This document shows positions 37,427 to 51,695 of a DNA stretch of 64,000 bases, piece by piece (the stretch's first letter is position 1; the number at the start of each line of letters is the position of its first letter). A program made the position numbers and the translations under genes. The stretch is from Azolla caroliniana. Lineage: Eukaryota; Plantae; Polypodiophyta. Below the pieces are notes generated by a model that was not told the origin of the DNA, searched no databases, and saw only the letters and a list, made by a program, of their open reading frames with translations. The stretch lies in contig JBHGNT010000016.1 in NCBI GenBank assembly GCA_043228905.1, positions 7,192,001-7,256,000 of the forward strand. The letters are read 5' to 3'.

Positions 37427-37682
37427 AACGGTCCGGTTTCGGCTTAACTAGTTTGGGAATTTTCAAACTTGAACCGAATTGGCTCCTAAACTGGTTTACC
37501 AAACTGATTAGCCTTAACTAGTTTGGGAATTGGTTTAGCCCAAAACGGTCCGGTTCGGCTTGAGCCATCCCAAACCGAACTCAAAAGCTCAATCCTGAAC
37601 TGAACTGAATCAAATTGAATTGTCAAACTACTTAAAAATGGTTTAATGGCTCAGTTTAGGCTTGGGCCGAGCCACGACCGAC
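37427..37682. repeat. CGGTT/AACCG-rich MITE-like element with an internal duplication
   Basis: acggtccggtt x2, ttaactagtttgggaatt x2, aactgaa arrays. Confidence 0.5.
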
Positions 37683-38919
37683 TCTTACTTGTGATAAAGT
37701 AGTTGTAAAGAAGATAATTGAAACTAGTATATTCGGAAGATAATTTGCACTGTTATAGTTGTACACCACATGGACATTGATGACAAGGTATAACTTATCA
37801 AAAATCAAAGAAGACTCATATATAATTATCCCTTTGGTCTTAAACTCGTATCTCATGGTTAGCTCAATAGAATTTTAAAAATTAATTGATTAGTCACTTC
37901 AAATATAACTACTATAATCTAAATTGTATATATGTTTCATGTGATACTTGTCTCTTTTGAAATTCATATTTGCTCAAATATCCTTCAACCTCTTTGGTAC
38001 CTTATAACCCTTTTCTTCTCCTGAACTTATGTACCAAACCAAGCTTCATTAGGTAATAGTAAATACTCACCTTTCCTAAAATCATACTTTCCTTTTTTGC
38101 ATTGATATATTTTTTAGCTATGCTATACTTTTGTACTATTTGGGTCCATGTTGAGCTTATCCAATTTGGGGTTTTCAAATACATGGGTGTCTAGTAGTAA
38201 GTGAAACATGAAATGTTTAAACATTTACCCCTTGTTCTATTGATTAAGGACAGAAATGTTAATGCAAAAATAACAACTTATAACTCCATAATTTATAACT
38301 AATAGATAATAGTGTTGAATACGAACCTTTGATCTATGTTTATTTACATTTAGAACATTTTATGATCAATAAATCAAACAAGGTACCAAAAGATTGCCTA
38401 CATTGAATAAACATGGATTAACATAATTTGTACCATTGTAAGGATATCATAAATATCCTTTGGTACACATGCAAGATAATGCCTTTGTTCCAACATAAAA
38501 CAAAATCCTCTATTCACAATCTCCACATGATGAACTCATATTTGATAAAAAAAAGACTCTAGTTAAAATAGGTTATAACTCTAGGTAATATAGGTTGGTT
38601 GGGAGGAAGGGTAGGGATGCTAATGTAGCAAAGTTGAAAATTAGAAGAGGGCCTAATGATTACATGTCCATGACTCTAGGAAAAACTCACGTGTTGATTC
38701 CACCATTGTAATAGCTCGGTGCTTTTCTTCATGTGTACTTCTTAGTCAACGACTTTCTGGACCTCTGTAAGATTGACATTATAAGTTATTGATTAGTTTA
38801 ATGACAAAACAATGAACATTTTTGTTCTAAACTAAGTGTATAAAATAACTATCTACTTTTATCAAAATAACAATAAAAAGATGTTATACCAAAGATGGAA
38901 GGGGAACACATTACTCGTC

Positions 38920-39142
38920 TGTTCCATATATGGTATATAACATTTAGTTGTTGCAAACTAATACAATATATCTTCAAGTCTGTCACATAAGCTTAGGCTT
39001 CACAAACGTTTGGGCACATCATCATGGGTATGGATATCTTCTAGTTTGTTCCATATATGGTATATAACATTTAGCTTGTTGTAAACTAATCCGATATATC
39101 TTCAAGTCTGTCACATAAGCTTAGGCTTCACAAGCTTTTGGG
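38920..39142. repeat. ~95-bp direct repeat pair (period ~128 bp)
   Basis: tgttccatatatggtatataacatttag...tcttcaagtctgtcacataagcttaggcttcacaa at ~38920 and ~39048. Confidence 0.9.
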
Positions 39143-42100
39143 TGAGTTGTTGAAGAAGTCAAAGGGAATAGAACATTGGGTTGGGGGATCTCCTAATAAT
39201 AAATAAACAAAGAAAACCTTAGGGGTTTGAACTAGGAGGGACAACTAGGAAGACGTCTCGATACAATGGAAAGTCTTGTGGTTCAGAACCATACATGGGG
39301 CAACATAAAGAGAAGTTTGGAAAAGAAATTAGGTAAAACCAGTTTCTTCTTCGAGCTTTACACGTGGCTATGCACATTGATTAGGGTTGGACGGCAAGGC
39401 GGGTGGTGGGAAAACGTTGGAACTTTTATGTATGAAAGGCAAAAGTAACAAAACGTGATGTGAGAGAACTTATGAAGAATAAAATGTGATTCTACAAGTC
39501 ATATGCAATAATGATAAACATGTTATGAATTCAAGACTTCATTTCCATGTGCAAGCTTGTAATCCTAGATTTAAGACTAAAGTAACACATGTCATATATT
39601 GGTTTCTCATTTCATATAATAGAAGCCACTTGTTGCATGACAAGAGCCACCAAACACTCTTGTGGTTGGCTAAGTTTTCTGTGAGGGCATGAACAACCTT
39701 CAATAAGATAATATAGGAGCTTGAGCTTGTGGTCGGACATGAACTACTTGCGAACGCTAACCTACTTAAAACACCACCTTGTTTAGTTGTTACTTGTCTT
39801 TTGATTAGTTGGTTAACCAGTGCACTCATCAAGGAACAACAAAGGACCACAATAGACAAGCCAACGATAAATTAGGCATTGTCGAACACATTTTGGAGCC
39901 AATCAAAATTACACAAACATACATTGAGCACATTAATGTTTGAATTAGAAGGTGGCGACGAATGAATATAACTACATATGTAAGCTTAACCTTTGGTTAG
40001 GTAGCATTGGGCTAAGGCTTAGCACAATGGTGAGACTAGATTGGGCTTTGTCTTGGAATTAATAGTAAGATTTTTAAGAAACTTAAAAGTCAATATAGAG
40101 AGAGAATTTGAGAGAGAGAGAGAGAGAGTACTCATTTTGGATGGGGTTGGGACTGCTAGGAACTCTATGATATCGAGTTGTATGCCACACAAGCCTAGAA
40201 GCCAAATGTTGAGCTTGTGGGGTACTCGCAATACGTGCACGAACCAGATGGCGAGTTGATTTAATGGGTTCAACCTTCTTCAACTCCAAATCTGCATGAG
40301 AAAACTGATGATCATTGGATGGCATATAAGCTATCTTGCTTGCACCCATGAATGCACATACTACAACACTGAGGATCACGAAGATGGCGACTATGAGAAC
40401 GAGCGACCTCATTGCTACTAATATGTTGTCGAAGAAGTTTCAAAAATTATGAGGTGATAGGTGAGTAGATTTACTAAGTGTGGTAGATAGAATATATTTT
40501 TTAAGCTAGACTTGTAGAAGATAGTTGTTGAGGCTAATGTAGATGGCTTTCAACCACAAAATTATGAGGTAAATGAGACTTAATGGGGTAAGAGACAAGA
40601 TGTTCAAGTTAAGTAGGGTGCGATATGAAGAGTCTTTGAGGATTAGGGTTTATGTTTTATAAGTTTGAAGTAATGAGAGTTGGGGAATTGGGGTTTTAGT
40701 TTGGTAATGAGAATGTTGAAGATTAGTCTCAAGGTGGATGAGATGAAAGGGTAAATAATGGGATGCATTTACCTTAAGGATCAATAGACTTCTGAATCTA
40801 TAGATGGTCTTGCATTACTGATAAATAGTTTTGTGTATTATTGTCCTTTTGGCTTCACATAGTTAGCTTTGAATCAAACTTATTTGTCAATATGAGTGAA
40901 TTTGGATATTGAGATATAGTAAGATTGTAACTAATGAATTCATGTCCTTAAATTAACTCAAAAATATTACTAGTCTAGTTTTGACATGTCTTTATCTTTT
41001 TGTCATTCTCCTCTTCCAAACTTTTTGTCTGCACTCTAAGGAACATTTAAAGAACAAATCAATGGGTTCCCCACCATGACAAACATCTCTTACATCATGA
41101 CGCTATAGCAACACGGATACCAAATATTTGTGCGGCTTGTACTATCCCAAGAATCCCATGCCATTGAGAATACCATCTAGTAAGGAATTCATCATCCCCA
41201 GAATATTTGTGCTATAATGTGCATTCTAGTACCAATATCATTGTGCCATCCCAAGGAGACATATGCATAAGTTATGTGGCCATGCCCTTTACATAAACAT
41301 ATATTACTATAACATACACTTTACCCTCTCGAGGAGACACATTTTTTTTGCAGGGAGACCTTCTATAAGTGATGATGTCCCAATGTGATATACTAGCCAG
41401 ATTTATCTATTGTTTTGAAATGCTAAATATTAGCGGCATTTTCATCCATACCAAAGACCCATTAATACATTTAATGATAACTAATAAAATATCATCCTAC
41501 AAGACCACATTTCTTGAGACATGAAAAACGTTTTATGAAACATAAACTAGCGGTATTGCTAAGAACAATGTAGACAACAACGCCACATATCTAGGCATTA
41601 GGGAAAAATAGATTGTGGTGATCACCATATCACAATCTTAATCGATATGCGAACCTCTTTATGTTACCTCGGAAGAAAACCATATTGATAATATCAATGA
41701 GGAGCTCAACTTCGTATACATTAATCTAAGGTATTAGTTTCAAATGTTGGCACAATAGACAAAGCCATTAGATTTTGGTTTCTCTCAACTACACTCATTT
41801 TGAGACCTCACTATTTATTTCATGTTGTAACTAGAATGACTAGCTGATGTCTAGTCATGTACCAACTCAAGGACATTCTCAAAAGTACACTTTTTGTTAA
41901 GTTGGTTTGTATACAATCTCTAGATGGAAGGTCCTACATCAGAATAGGATACCTTTTAAAACCCAAAAAAACAATCAAAGCTATATAGGTACTTCAAATT
42001 TTTTGTAAGCAATTCATTTGATGTAAAAGACAAGATAGTACAATCCTCTACAATTAGAAAGTTACATAATTCCATTAATAGGAATAGGGTTATATATGTA

Positions 42101-43144
42101 TATGATTAGTAACCTCATGATTGAACAAGAGTATAAGTGACCTAAATGACTGATCTAATTATAAGTCGACATATAAATAGCATAGAATAATTAGAGATGG
42201 TGAGACTACCACATTGTTATTGACATTAAAATGCAAGTTCATAAAAAGCTAAAAACATGTGATATGTTGTTCATACTAACACATCTAAATATAATTTTGT
42301 GTCCTTATCTTTGTATAACTAGGAAATGAGTTGCATTCCTGGAAAAATATGACACAAAATGTATTTAGGGGAAATACGAATAGTCTAGAATACCTATTGG
42401 TCATTGAGAGATTAGGATAGGATAAGCTCTCATGTTTTAAAGGTTTGAGCCAACAAAGAGCCTTATGTTAAGGTGTAAGGAGTTTTTACAGAACTATGTG
42501 CTCATGAGTTTTGATAGAATATTATTATGTATCCGCTTCTTAAATTGTTGTTGAAGCAAGGCATTTGATTTGTATATTGTGTTTGAAAGGTCCATTTGTT
42601 GGTTCAAGGCCTTCGAAAAAGTTCAACATGTATGCTTTCTTTTTTCTAAGTTACAACAAAGTTAAGAAAAAAAGGCTATCAATAATGACGGTATATTTTG
42701 GAGTAAATGTCAACGGATTGACAACTTTGTAAACTTCATATCCATAACAAAGTTATCAATAAAAGAATAGTAGATCAAATGAATTGCAGTTCTTTTATAA
42801 TGTATAATATAATATATCCATAAAAGGCTAATATGTTACTTATAAGGGCTATGGATCAAATAAAGGAACCAACATTTTTTCATTGAGGTATATTCTTTGA
42901 GTGGATATACTTTTTAGAAGGGTTTCTTGTTTTAGCATTTGTATTAACACAATTACGACATGTGTACGCTCATTCTCAAGCCATTGAAAGTGACAAAACC
43001 AACTCCTTGATTGTAGGCATACATATGTCACTACATCAAATTCCAATACCCAATCACGCACTATAAAGGAGGAACTCATAAGTCCAAAGCCTCTTCTTTT
43101 TATCTCTTATGCATAAAGGAGGAGCTCATCAAACTAGCCAATAC

Positions 43145-43415
43145 CTCATCAAACAAAGTATGATTGCATGAATGCACCAACCATGCAAGGCATGTAGAAA
43201 CTATCAACTGAAACAAGGATGGAGAACTATAATTTGTTTAAACCAAGATGCAAGGGAATCAACTTATGTCAACGTAGACAATTCCTCATCAAAGTGTGGT
43301 TGCACGAATGCACCGACCATGGAGACATGTATAGACTATCAATTGATGCACACCCTAAACTATGATTTATTTGAACCAAGATGCAAGGGAATCAATTTAT
43401 GTCAACAATAGACAA
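43145..43415. repeat. Diverged ~140-bp tandem duplication within degraded TE-like sequence
   Basis: ctcatcaaa...gaatgcacc.accatg...aaccaagatgcaagggaatcaa.ttatgtcaac..tagaca occurs twice. Confidence 0.8.
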
Positions 43416-44487
43416 AGATTCTTACACACCCTAGGTATAGTTGAATGAATTGCCACAAAATTGTATGTTGAAAATTGCAAGGTCTTCCATTTTAAGGCTC
43501 AATTGTCTACACTTCGGCTATATGAAACTTAAACTTGTTCCTTACATAGGATTTACATAATTGTTGCTTGAAATTAGAAAAACTCAATCTGATCTCATCC
43601 ATGAGCAATTCTTTGTAGCATATGGAAAGTTGTCTACAAGTTTCAATAAACAATCAAAATTCGTTCCAGATAATTTAGAACTAATATGTGGTAAAGGGAA
43701 TTTAATGAACTAGATTGGTGTTGAATAAGATATTTCTCAGCATACAAATGCCTTGCATCAAGTTTCCTAGCAAGTTGAGAATACAATGATGATGACAATG
43801 AGCATCTCAATGCTCTACAAGAGTTTGATATGTGCAATACAAGAGGATGACATCAACCATTTATGCAAATCTTGATCAATAAAGCTACTTGTGACAATGG
43901 GGTTACCACTCAATAGTTTGGTTTACTGGTAGGTTAACTGATTTGATAATGATCCAGCAAAGCACAAGCACAAGCACAATAGAAATGATCAAATATCTAG
44001 ACTAACATAGATCCTTTGGCGTCTTAATTATGAGATTCATATGTTGCTTTTTGTAAATGTTGTTCTGTCACACCAAAGATTGACCCGTTGTTATTTAATC
44101 AAGGGTGTGTTCAAATCACAATTGTTGAAATCATTACCGCACACCTGAAAAAAAGAATTGTTAAGAGATTCTCATATTTTGGAATTGAACATTAAATGAT
44201 GTACTTAAAAAAACTGGCATAATTTAGGATCATTTACAATATATAATACATATATTACAACTGTTTATAGTTTGTATTGTTGTACTTTCTTTTATCAATT
44301 CTTTACAGTGTTACATGGTGATATAGAGAATGTTTTTTTGGGGGGGTAAAGCTTGGAAAACTAGAATTTCATTGAAGATGAGGAAACATTACAGATCTCC
44401 AATGGATGTTCTTTTAAAAAAAAAACCGACAGATGGATTTGGTGTGCTTCAAAACAGGCTTGCTAACGTAAAAGCATCCATTCCAGA

Positions 44488-47400
44488 TCACCCAAAATTG
44501 TCGTCACGATCACCCACCAATAGACCCACATCCTCAGACACTTGTTTATAGTGCCATTTGGCGAAGGCCAAGAACAACATAAATGTGAATAATAGCATCA
44601 CATCAAGAAGCAAATAGAAGTAGTCCAGGTGACCTTGATTGAGGTCACTTGGTATCCAAGATGTATAAGAGACAATACCTTGTACAATGAACGAGCTTAA
44701 GTAGTTACCTATTGCAAAGCCAGACAAAGATATGGCTGTGGCCAAGCTCCTCATGCTTTGTGGAGAGAAAGAGTAGTTGAAATCTAAATGCCCACATCCA
44801 AACAACACAGTCGTGCACCCTTCGAGGACATATTGCGGGATAAGCCAAAATATACTCAGCGGTACTTGATTATCATCATCATCTTCTGCTGTTGCTTTCC
44901 CCATTGAAAACCACGATTGCTCATGAGCAATCCTCAGCCTTTGTGTTTCAACCAATGCCGCAATAAAAAGCACGGACATAGCAGTCAAGAGACCTGCACC
45001 CATTCGCTCAACAGACGAAACTTCTTCATTAGGTTTGTTGCGTAAGCTCCTTTGGATCCATGGAACAATCACCCATGAATAGAGAGGAGCCCCCACCACT
45101 ACAGTTAGCAAGCTAAATAGACCCATTGAAGAAGGTGGAATCCTAAGGTGGTTTCTGAAAACTTGATTGTCCATAGTGGCTCCTTGTAGTACAAACAAGG
45201 TTCCTTTTTGTGCTAGTGCTGCTGACACCAATACTCCACACACCCAGAAGGGCATTAGCCTACATATACTCTTCACCTCCTCCACTTCCTCCATTGTGCA
45301 CAATCTCTTCATCCATCCTCGACTCCCTTTGGCTGCCTTATCCAACCATCTGTCAAAAGAAGGTTAGCCAAGAAAACCAAACGAATAGTCACACATATCA
45401 ATCCAGTGATCAATCTGCCACACATTATCAACATGGATCAAACATAACAATACATATCAATTGAATGAGAAATCTCCTATGCTATTATTCTCCATGGCCT
45501 AGAGTAGCATCCAAACCCATTGGCAAATGATATATAACCACCCAATTCTTCATTAGGATATCATGGTAACAATTGCCATTATTTGTAAACGTAAGCAACA
45601 AAAGCAAAAAGAACAATCATGTATGTCAGTTCCCATTCTATTACACTCCCAACGTGTTCGCATTCCCACCCCATTTGGACTAAGTGTATAAGCACAATGA
45701 TAAATCTAATTTTCTTTAAAACAAGGCACACAATCAATGCTACTGTTTCTTATTCTTCATACATAGTAAACAAACTGTTATGATGCACAACAGTTCATCA
45801 ACATTTATGCATTTTTGTCATTCCAAGGACAGAAAATACTTACCACTATTTGCTTGCTAAAACAAATCTCTGAGGTTTACTAACCTGAAGCTATTTGTTC
45901 GCTTCATGCAAAGATGCCCTAATGCCACGGATGTCTCGATTTCTACAAGACCCTCACTACTGAAGGGCTCTGTCACTTTCCAGTTCTGTGCAGCCGCAAA
46001 AATGACATTGCCAATAGTAAAAAGGGGGTTCTTCCCTGGAATAAACTGTCGGGTTCTCGGAATAGCTGCCAAAAACAGGAGAAGGCCAAGAATACCCGCA
46101 ATTGCTGAGATCCAGAAACCCATCTCCCATTGCCCTTCATTTTGCACATATGAGATTAAACTTATTGCAATTAACATGCCAACATTTGTTGATGCCATAT
46201 AGAGAGTGATAAAGCTGGACTTTTGTGATGGGGCCTTAAATTGATCTGCCCCCAGAGACAACATGTTGGGTGTCGTAGATGCAAACCCTAAACCCATCAA
46301 ATATAGGGATATGTAGAAGAGACTGATTTGATTAGGGGTAGCTTCTCCTGTAGCTTGTTCACAATTATGCATATCCCCACAAGATGTTTCTAACCTCTGT
46401 TGTGTGATGAGATTGGAGCTAGATACGGCAAAAAGTATTAATCCCTGCAGTATTTGTGTACAGCAAGCCTTTAGTTCCGACTTATAGCTTGATGAGCGCA
46501 GAATTAACAGGATGGTACATGTTAGAGCGTACCATGAAAGCATTACTTGTACGATGTATATATATTCCATGAATATCTACACACATGTACATGGATATCT
46601 AAATCATGTGTATGTGTATGTTTATATATTGTAGTATATACAATGTTAAATAATAGCAGATAACACTTTATGCATTGCTAACAAATGGAGAGTAACCACT
46701 TTTTCCTGAAAATGGAATCCCGTGGGTAGGCAACATTTTGAACTTTTTAAGTTATGTATGTAACAAATTTCAGTGATTCTAATTTTTGTGCTTTAAATGC
46801 ACGGGGTATCTTAACTAGGAACAGATCACGTTTTTTTATTTACTGTAGAATCTGTAGAATCTGGGATTTCTCACACATTACAGTGTCCACAATCTGGGGC
46901 CACCATTGTTTGATGTAAAAATCAAAAGCTGTATTCCTTATATTGCATACTGTTCAGCATTTCATGCCTGCAGCAAACACATGGAAATCCAATCTGTTCT
47001 TTCTTATCAACCATCTGCAGATGAGAGCTCTCTCCTGTTGTATCAGTCTTGCAACTCTTCTACTAAATTAATCCACTGCACGGAGCTTCTGGTATTTTGA
47101 TATCTTATCTTTTGTATTCATTCTTGTTTTGTGTGTCACCAATGTGTTCATTCAATCCAACCCCGAGAAATGATTAGATTCACTACATTGTTGTAGGAGT
47201 AGGATTGAGAAACATAATCTCCCCTGTTGTAGTAGTAGGACAGCTGAGTTGGATGTAAAACTAAAATCTCCGTAATTATGTGCAGAATAACATCAAGGAG
47301 TAAACATCCCGCTTCACTTTGCTTGTACAATGATCAGCATGATGTGTTAAAAAATTCAAGATTCATCGAATACATTTGCATCAAAACAATCAACCATACA

Positions 47401-48549
47401 TGTACATATGCACTTATTTCATAGGTATGCTAACATAAAATGCACAGCTTAACTGTAAAAAGAATTTCTTGATGCTTGAAACCAAAGGTTTTCAAACAAG
47501 ATTAAAAAGAGATGTCGGAACTCTCACCACTATATAAAGCATCTGGTACAAGATAATGGTCCAAAGGCGACCCAAATAGGCGTCTCCTAGACAGCCTCCA
47601 ATGAGAGAACTAATGAAGGCAGTGCCTAGCCAATTGGTGACGGCATTTGCTGCTGAAGCGTTATCCTGATGCAATATCTTCACCAAGAAGATCACTAGAT
47701 TGATTGTGCAGCCATAGATGGCAAGAGCTTGGAGAGAAGTAGACCCTGCATGATGGGATATAGACAATTAAAGGAGTTAGCTAAGCATAATGTTGATCAA
47801 AAAGCAAAATAGAGGACTTACAGATTAATTCTACATGTTATAAATGATAGTGTGTATGGGTATAGGTGTACAATCCCTATGCCTACGTATATGTCCACGC
47901 TTATGTATACGTCTATGAATACACGTAAATACGTATACCTATTTGTATCTTGCTCACAGGATAAAATGAGACAATTATACTTCTCCACATGATTTAATAA
48001 AGAAAGAAAGGAAGGGAAGGAAAAACATATATTTAGGCGACATGATTAAATAGCAGAGACATACCTTGGCCGCATCAACAATTTAAACTAATAAACTTTC
48101 TCTCAAATGATGAAATGAAGAACGAGCTAAAACATCGCAAGCAATTACATACTTAAATGGAAGAGAATAGTTTGCCTACATGAGTTAATTCAAAGGAACG
48201 GGAATTGAGAAGCAATGACCCTAATTACATGAAAGAGAAAAAAACCCGACCAAAGTGAAAGAAAATATGAACAAAAACAAGGATTTTAAAGGAATAAGAA
48301 AATCACAGAGAAAGGGAGTTTTGAGAGAAACTCACCTAAGAAGAAGAGAGCTACTGTCCAGCCACCCAAAGGCACTGTAGATGAGGAGGATGACGAACAA
48401 ACAGATCTACCCCAACAATCAAGACACTTTTCTTCTTCTTCTGCTGCTTCTTCTTCTTCTTCTTTTGGGGAAGAGATAGGCTCATTATTGTCATGAAGGA
48501 GTGGTCTATGAAGCAGGGCGAATCCTTCTTCTTCGTCTGCATCCGCCAT
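44488..48549 (-). CDS. NPF: NRT1/PTR family (NPF) transporter, NPF7-like, ~617 aa
   Basis: Exons 48549..48336, 47745..47528, 46444..45885, 45349..44488, all GT-AG and phase-consistent. Motifs NLVIFL...DNASAANAVTNWLGT...GDAYLGR, LGADQF, YVQNEGQW..GF, SFRWLDKAA, EEVEEVK, QGATMD, RMGAGL, SIFWLIPQY, SPQSMRSLA, DLNQGHLDYFY. Confidence 0.95.
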
Positions 48550-48670
48550 AGCTTCTTTGGTGGAAGAAGTCTGCAAACCGACGGACGAAATTTCGGCGAT
48601 CAATGCCCTGCTCTGCCCTGCCGTGGGACTTCGACACGATTAAAAGACACAGACAGACAGACTTCTCTGA

Positions 48671-48671
<1 letters not shown>

Positions 48672-48701
<30 letters not shown>

Positions 48702-48846
48702 TGTATGATTGTATCAGTATGTATGTATGATTGTATCAGTATGTATGTATGTATGATTGTATCGGTATGTATGTATGTATGATTGTATCAGTATGTATGT
48801 ATGTATGATTGTATCAGTATGTATGTATGTATGTATGTCTGTATGT
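48672..48846. repeat. Compound (TATG)n minisatellite with gattgtatc(a/g)g interruptions in the NPF promoter/5' region
   Basis: Five gattgtatc(a/g)g-(tatg)2-3 units, 120-300 bp upstream of the ATG. Confidence 0.9.
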
Positions 48847-49434
48847 AGCTCGTGTCTATCCGCTACCAAATCATAAATAGGGCTGGCAAGGGAATCGCGG
48901 CCACGGGACGGGCGATGCAGGTCGCTCAGCTGATGGCACGTGCGATCTGCACCGTTCGATTTGGATAAAGAAAAAACCCGCTAAAAAAAAAAGTTGCCAG
49001 AGGTCGCCCAACCCTGACTGTTGTTGCAGATCGCCCAACCATCGCAAGTCGCCCAACCAAATATATCGTTTCCACCAAAATCTTCAATTCACTCTGAATG
49101 TGAAACTTGATACTTTAAGATAACAAATCAAATAGCCTGAAACTAAAACATTGAAACTTCTCGTATTCGCGAACTTCATCATACTTAAAACATAGTCTTG
49201 ACTCTTAACAACAAATAATCATTGCCAAACATAAAACTTTACTTCAAGAAATACACAAACTTAGACCTAACAGAAAAACAAACTTTAAACTTACAACATA
49301 AATCAACTTAAAACATACTTGTTTCATAAACCTAAATACATTTGTCCTAAAACAAAATGCTTTGAACGGTCAATCAAAATTGACTAAACTAAAGATCCTA
49401 AACTAAAGTTCCTAAACAACCACTAAAGCCATGT

Positions 49435-51409
49435 TTATGGCTCATTTGGGGATGTTGGCAAAATGTGGCTACAATTCTTGCAACAATTAGCGTTCGAGTC
49501 CCCTAATCTAAAGGTCAAGGCATCACAATGGAAGCATCGAATCTTCTTTGTTGCACATATTGGCATTCGCCTCTTAGCTCGACTTGCACCTCTTTGCATT
49601 TTTCTGGTGTGTTTTGGAAGTGTTTGGGGAGCTGCCAATAAGATATTGTGAAATGTTGATTGATGCTCTTCCCTTCGTAGTAATTGCTTGTGACTGCCTT
49701 ATGGATCCATCGTCTTCTTTATCGGTTGGTTTTGGTGCACCAACACGATACCATTCAGTCTGAGTCATTTCTTCAATGGACTCCATACATGCCAAAACGG
49801 TTGCACAGTTGAGGGATCGTAACCCTTGCCTGAGACATTGAATACTTGCCCCAACCATTTGAAAATTTGACTCCCATTCCTCCATATTTGATGCCATAGG
49901 GTTTGTCTCCTCGACTAGTTCTACCTCTGTCTCCACTTCTTTTTCTGTGAAATGGTCATTGCACATATGGACCGCGTGATCTATAAAAGGTAACAATCCA
50001 TATAGATGTGGCATGTGCCTCTCAATAATCATCCGGATGCCGAGTATATGCTTACATTTACTCGCAAGCTCTTGCCAATCACAATATGAGCATTGGAGCG
50101 ATACATTATACCATAGAGTGGGAGTTGTCAAGCTCAAAATTTTAAACCAATATCGGGCCTCATCCACAATATGCACTGTTGCAATATTAGTTTCATACGT
50201 TTCGAGTATCCTCTCAGCCTCTTTAAGTCTTGACCTTTGATCCCTACAATTTGCACGGGGTGCAAATCTACCACTCTCACATATTTCTTATCATTGCTTG
50301 TACCATTCAATGACGGTCCCTCCGACACAAGTGCTAGTTTCACAGTCCCCGATTACAACATGTAGAATATTGGTAATTGGTCGGTTTATTCTTCCTCTCA
50401 AAGCAGTATATTTGATAAACTGTCAATGTCTCTCCACAATATTGGTAGTGTCAACATGTCCGTAGTTGAACATTCTACCAAACTTGGACCACAGTTTCCT
50501 CCACACACATGTCAAGCCACACAATCGTCCTTCTATATATTGCCAAACACTTGGCTTGTTTGCATATTCTACCTTTAACTCCTCACATTGGGCACTAAAT
50601 GTGGATTTCAGTAATGCATTGCATGAGTTGGCACATCCGGGGATAAAGATGGTTTCTCTCATTTGCACTTACCTTTGGCAACAAGTGATCCACCCATGCT
50701 TTTTTGGCGTGGAACCGACACGACAAAAGTCAACAATGTGTTTGCGACCTTTGCCCATTTGCAATAGTCCAACATTGATGGTCTGCTGCAACCACATTAC
50801 TTATGGCGTTATATAACGCCCAACTTTTATTGATGACTATTGCATTTGGCCTCACATTCGGCATCCTTGCAAATATGTCTCTCAAGAAAGTTTCTAATGC
50901 AACTTGCTCATGGTTTGATCTCTTGTCAGAACTACATATCATGTACCATAATGGGATACCAATTCCCATGACATTTGGGGCAATAGTTGCATATAATGGC
51001 AACCCAAATTAGTTTGTTTTAAATGTGGTGTCAATTGCCCACGAGTTGTTTATTGACAATCTCTCACACATTTCTAACATCCATTGATCTTGAATCACCA
51101 AAATAAATGGTTTCCTTGCTGGAGATCAATATTCACCAGGCAAGTAAGGTTGGACATGAGCCACCCTCCCAAGATCTCGAAGTGCATAGGCATCTTGCAT
51201 CATCAAAGACCAATCAACCTTTGACATGGAACTCCCAAAATTTAACCTATTTGCCATGTTATGGACCTCCTTTGGTATCATAAAGAACCTATAACTAACT
51301 AGGTCTAATGGACTAGCCTTGGACTTATGATATGTTTCCTTACGCATGCTCATCCGTGCCACATGCCTTGCACATCCAACATAAAAAATGTCATCTTTGC
51401 AACAACTTA
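49435..51409 (-). pseudogene. Mutator-like (MULE) transposase remnant with a SWIM zinc finger; 5' part displaced by nested LTR elements
   Basis: Minus-strand fragments DTTFKTN*FGLPLYATIAPNVMGIGIPLWYMIC (first catalytic D), PNAIVINKS, WFHAKKAW, DTTNIVERH (E), SWIM CSYCDW...KCKHILG, C-terminal CFHC...CKNC. Stops and frameshifts throughout. Confidence 0.8.
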
Positions 51410-51695
51410 TGACATTTGGGTGTGCCGGAAAATAGTATGCATCCAGTATACTTCCCGGTAATTATGTGTTGAGAACTTGAGGTTCCTTATGTCCGATGCT
51501 CGGCCACAACCGAGATTCTTTACATACACGGAAAAATAGGTAATGAAAAACGCGACACAAGAGAGGAGAAATGGTACACAGGAGGTATACGTGGAAAACC
51601 CCAAAGTAGGGGAAAAAACCACGGCAGCCCACAAGCTGCAAACTGTCACTATGCAGAAATATACAACAGTGAGATCACTGAGGCAACGACCTCGT

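Noticed and set aside
40083-40412. 109-aa ORF with a signal-peptide-like start
   Set aside because: Runs into a (GA)n tract in degraded repeat-like DNA; no motif, splice or homology support visible.
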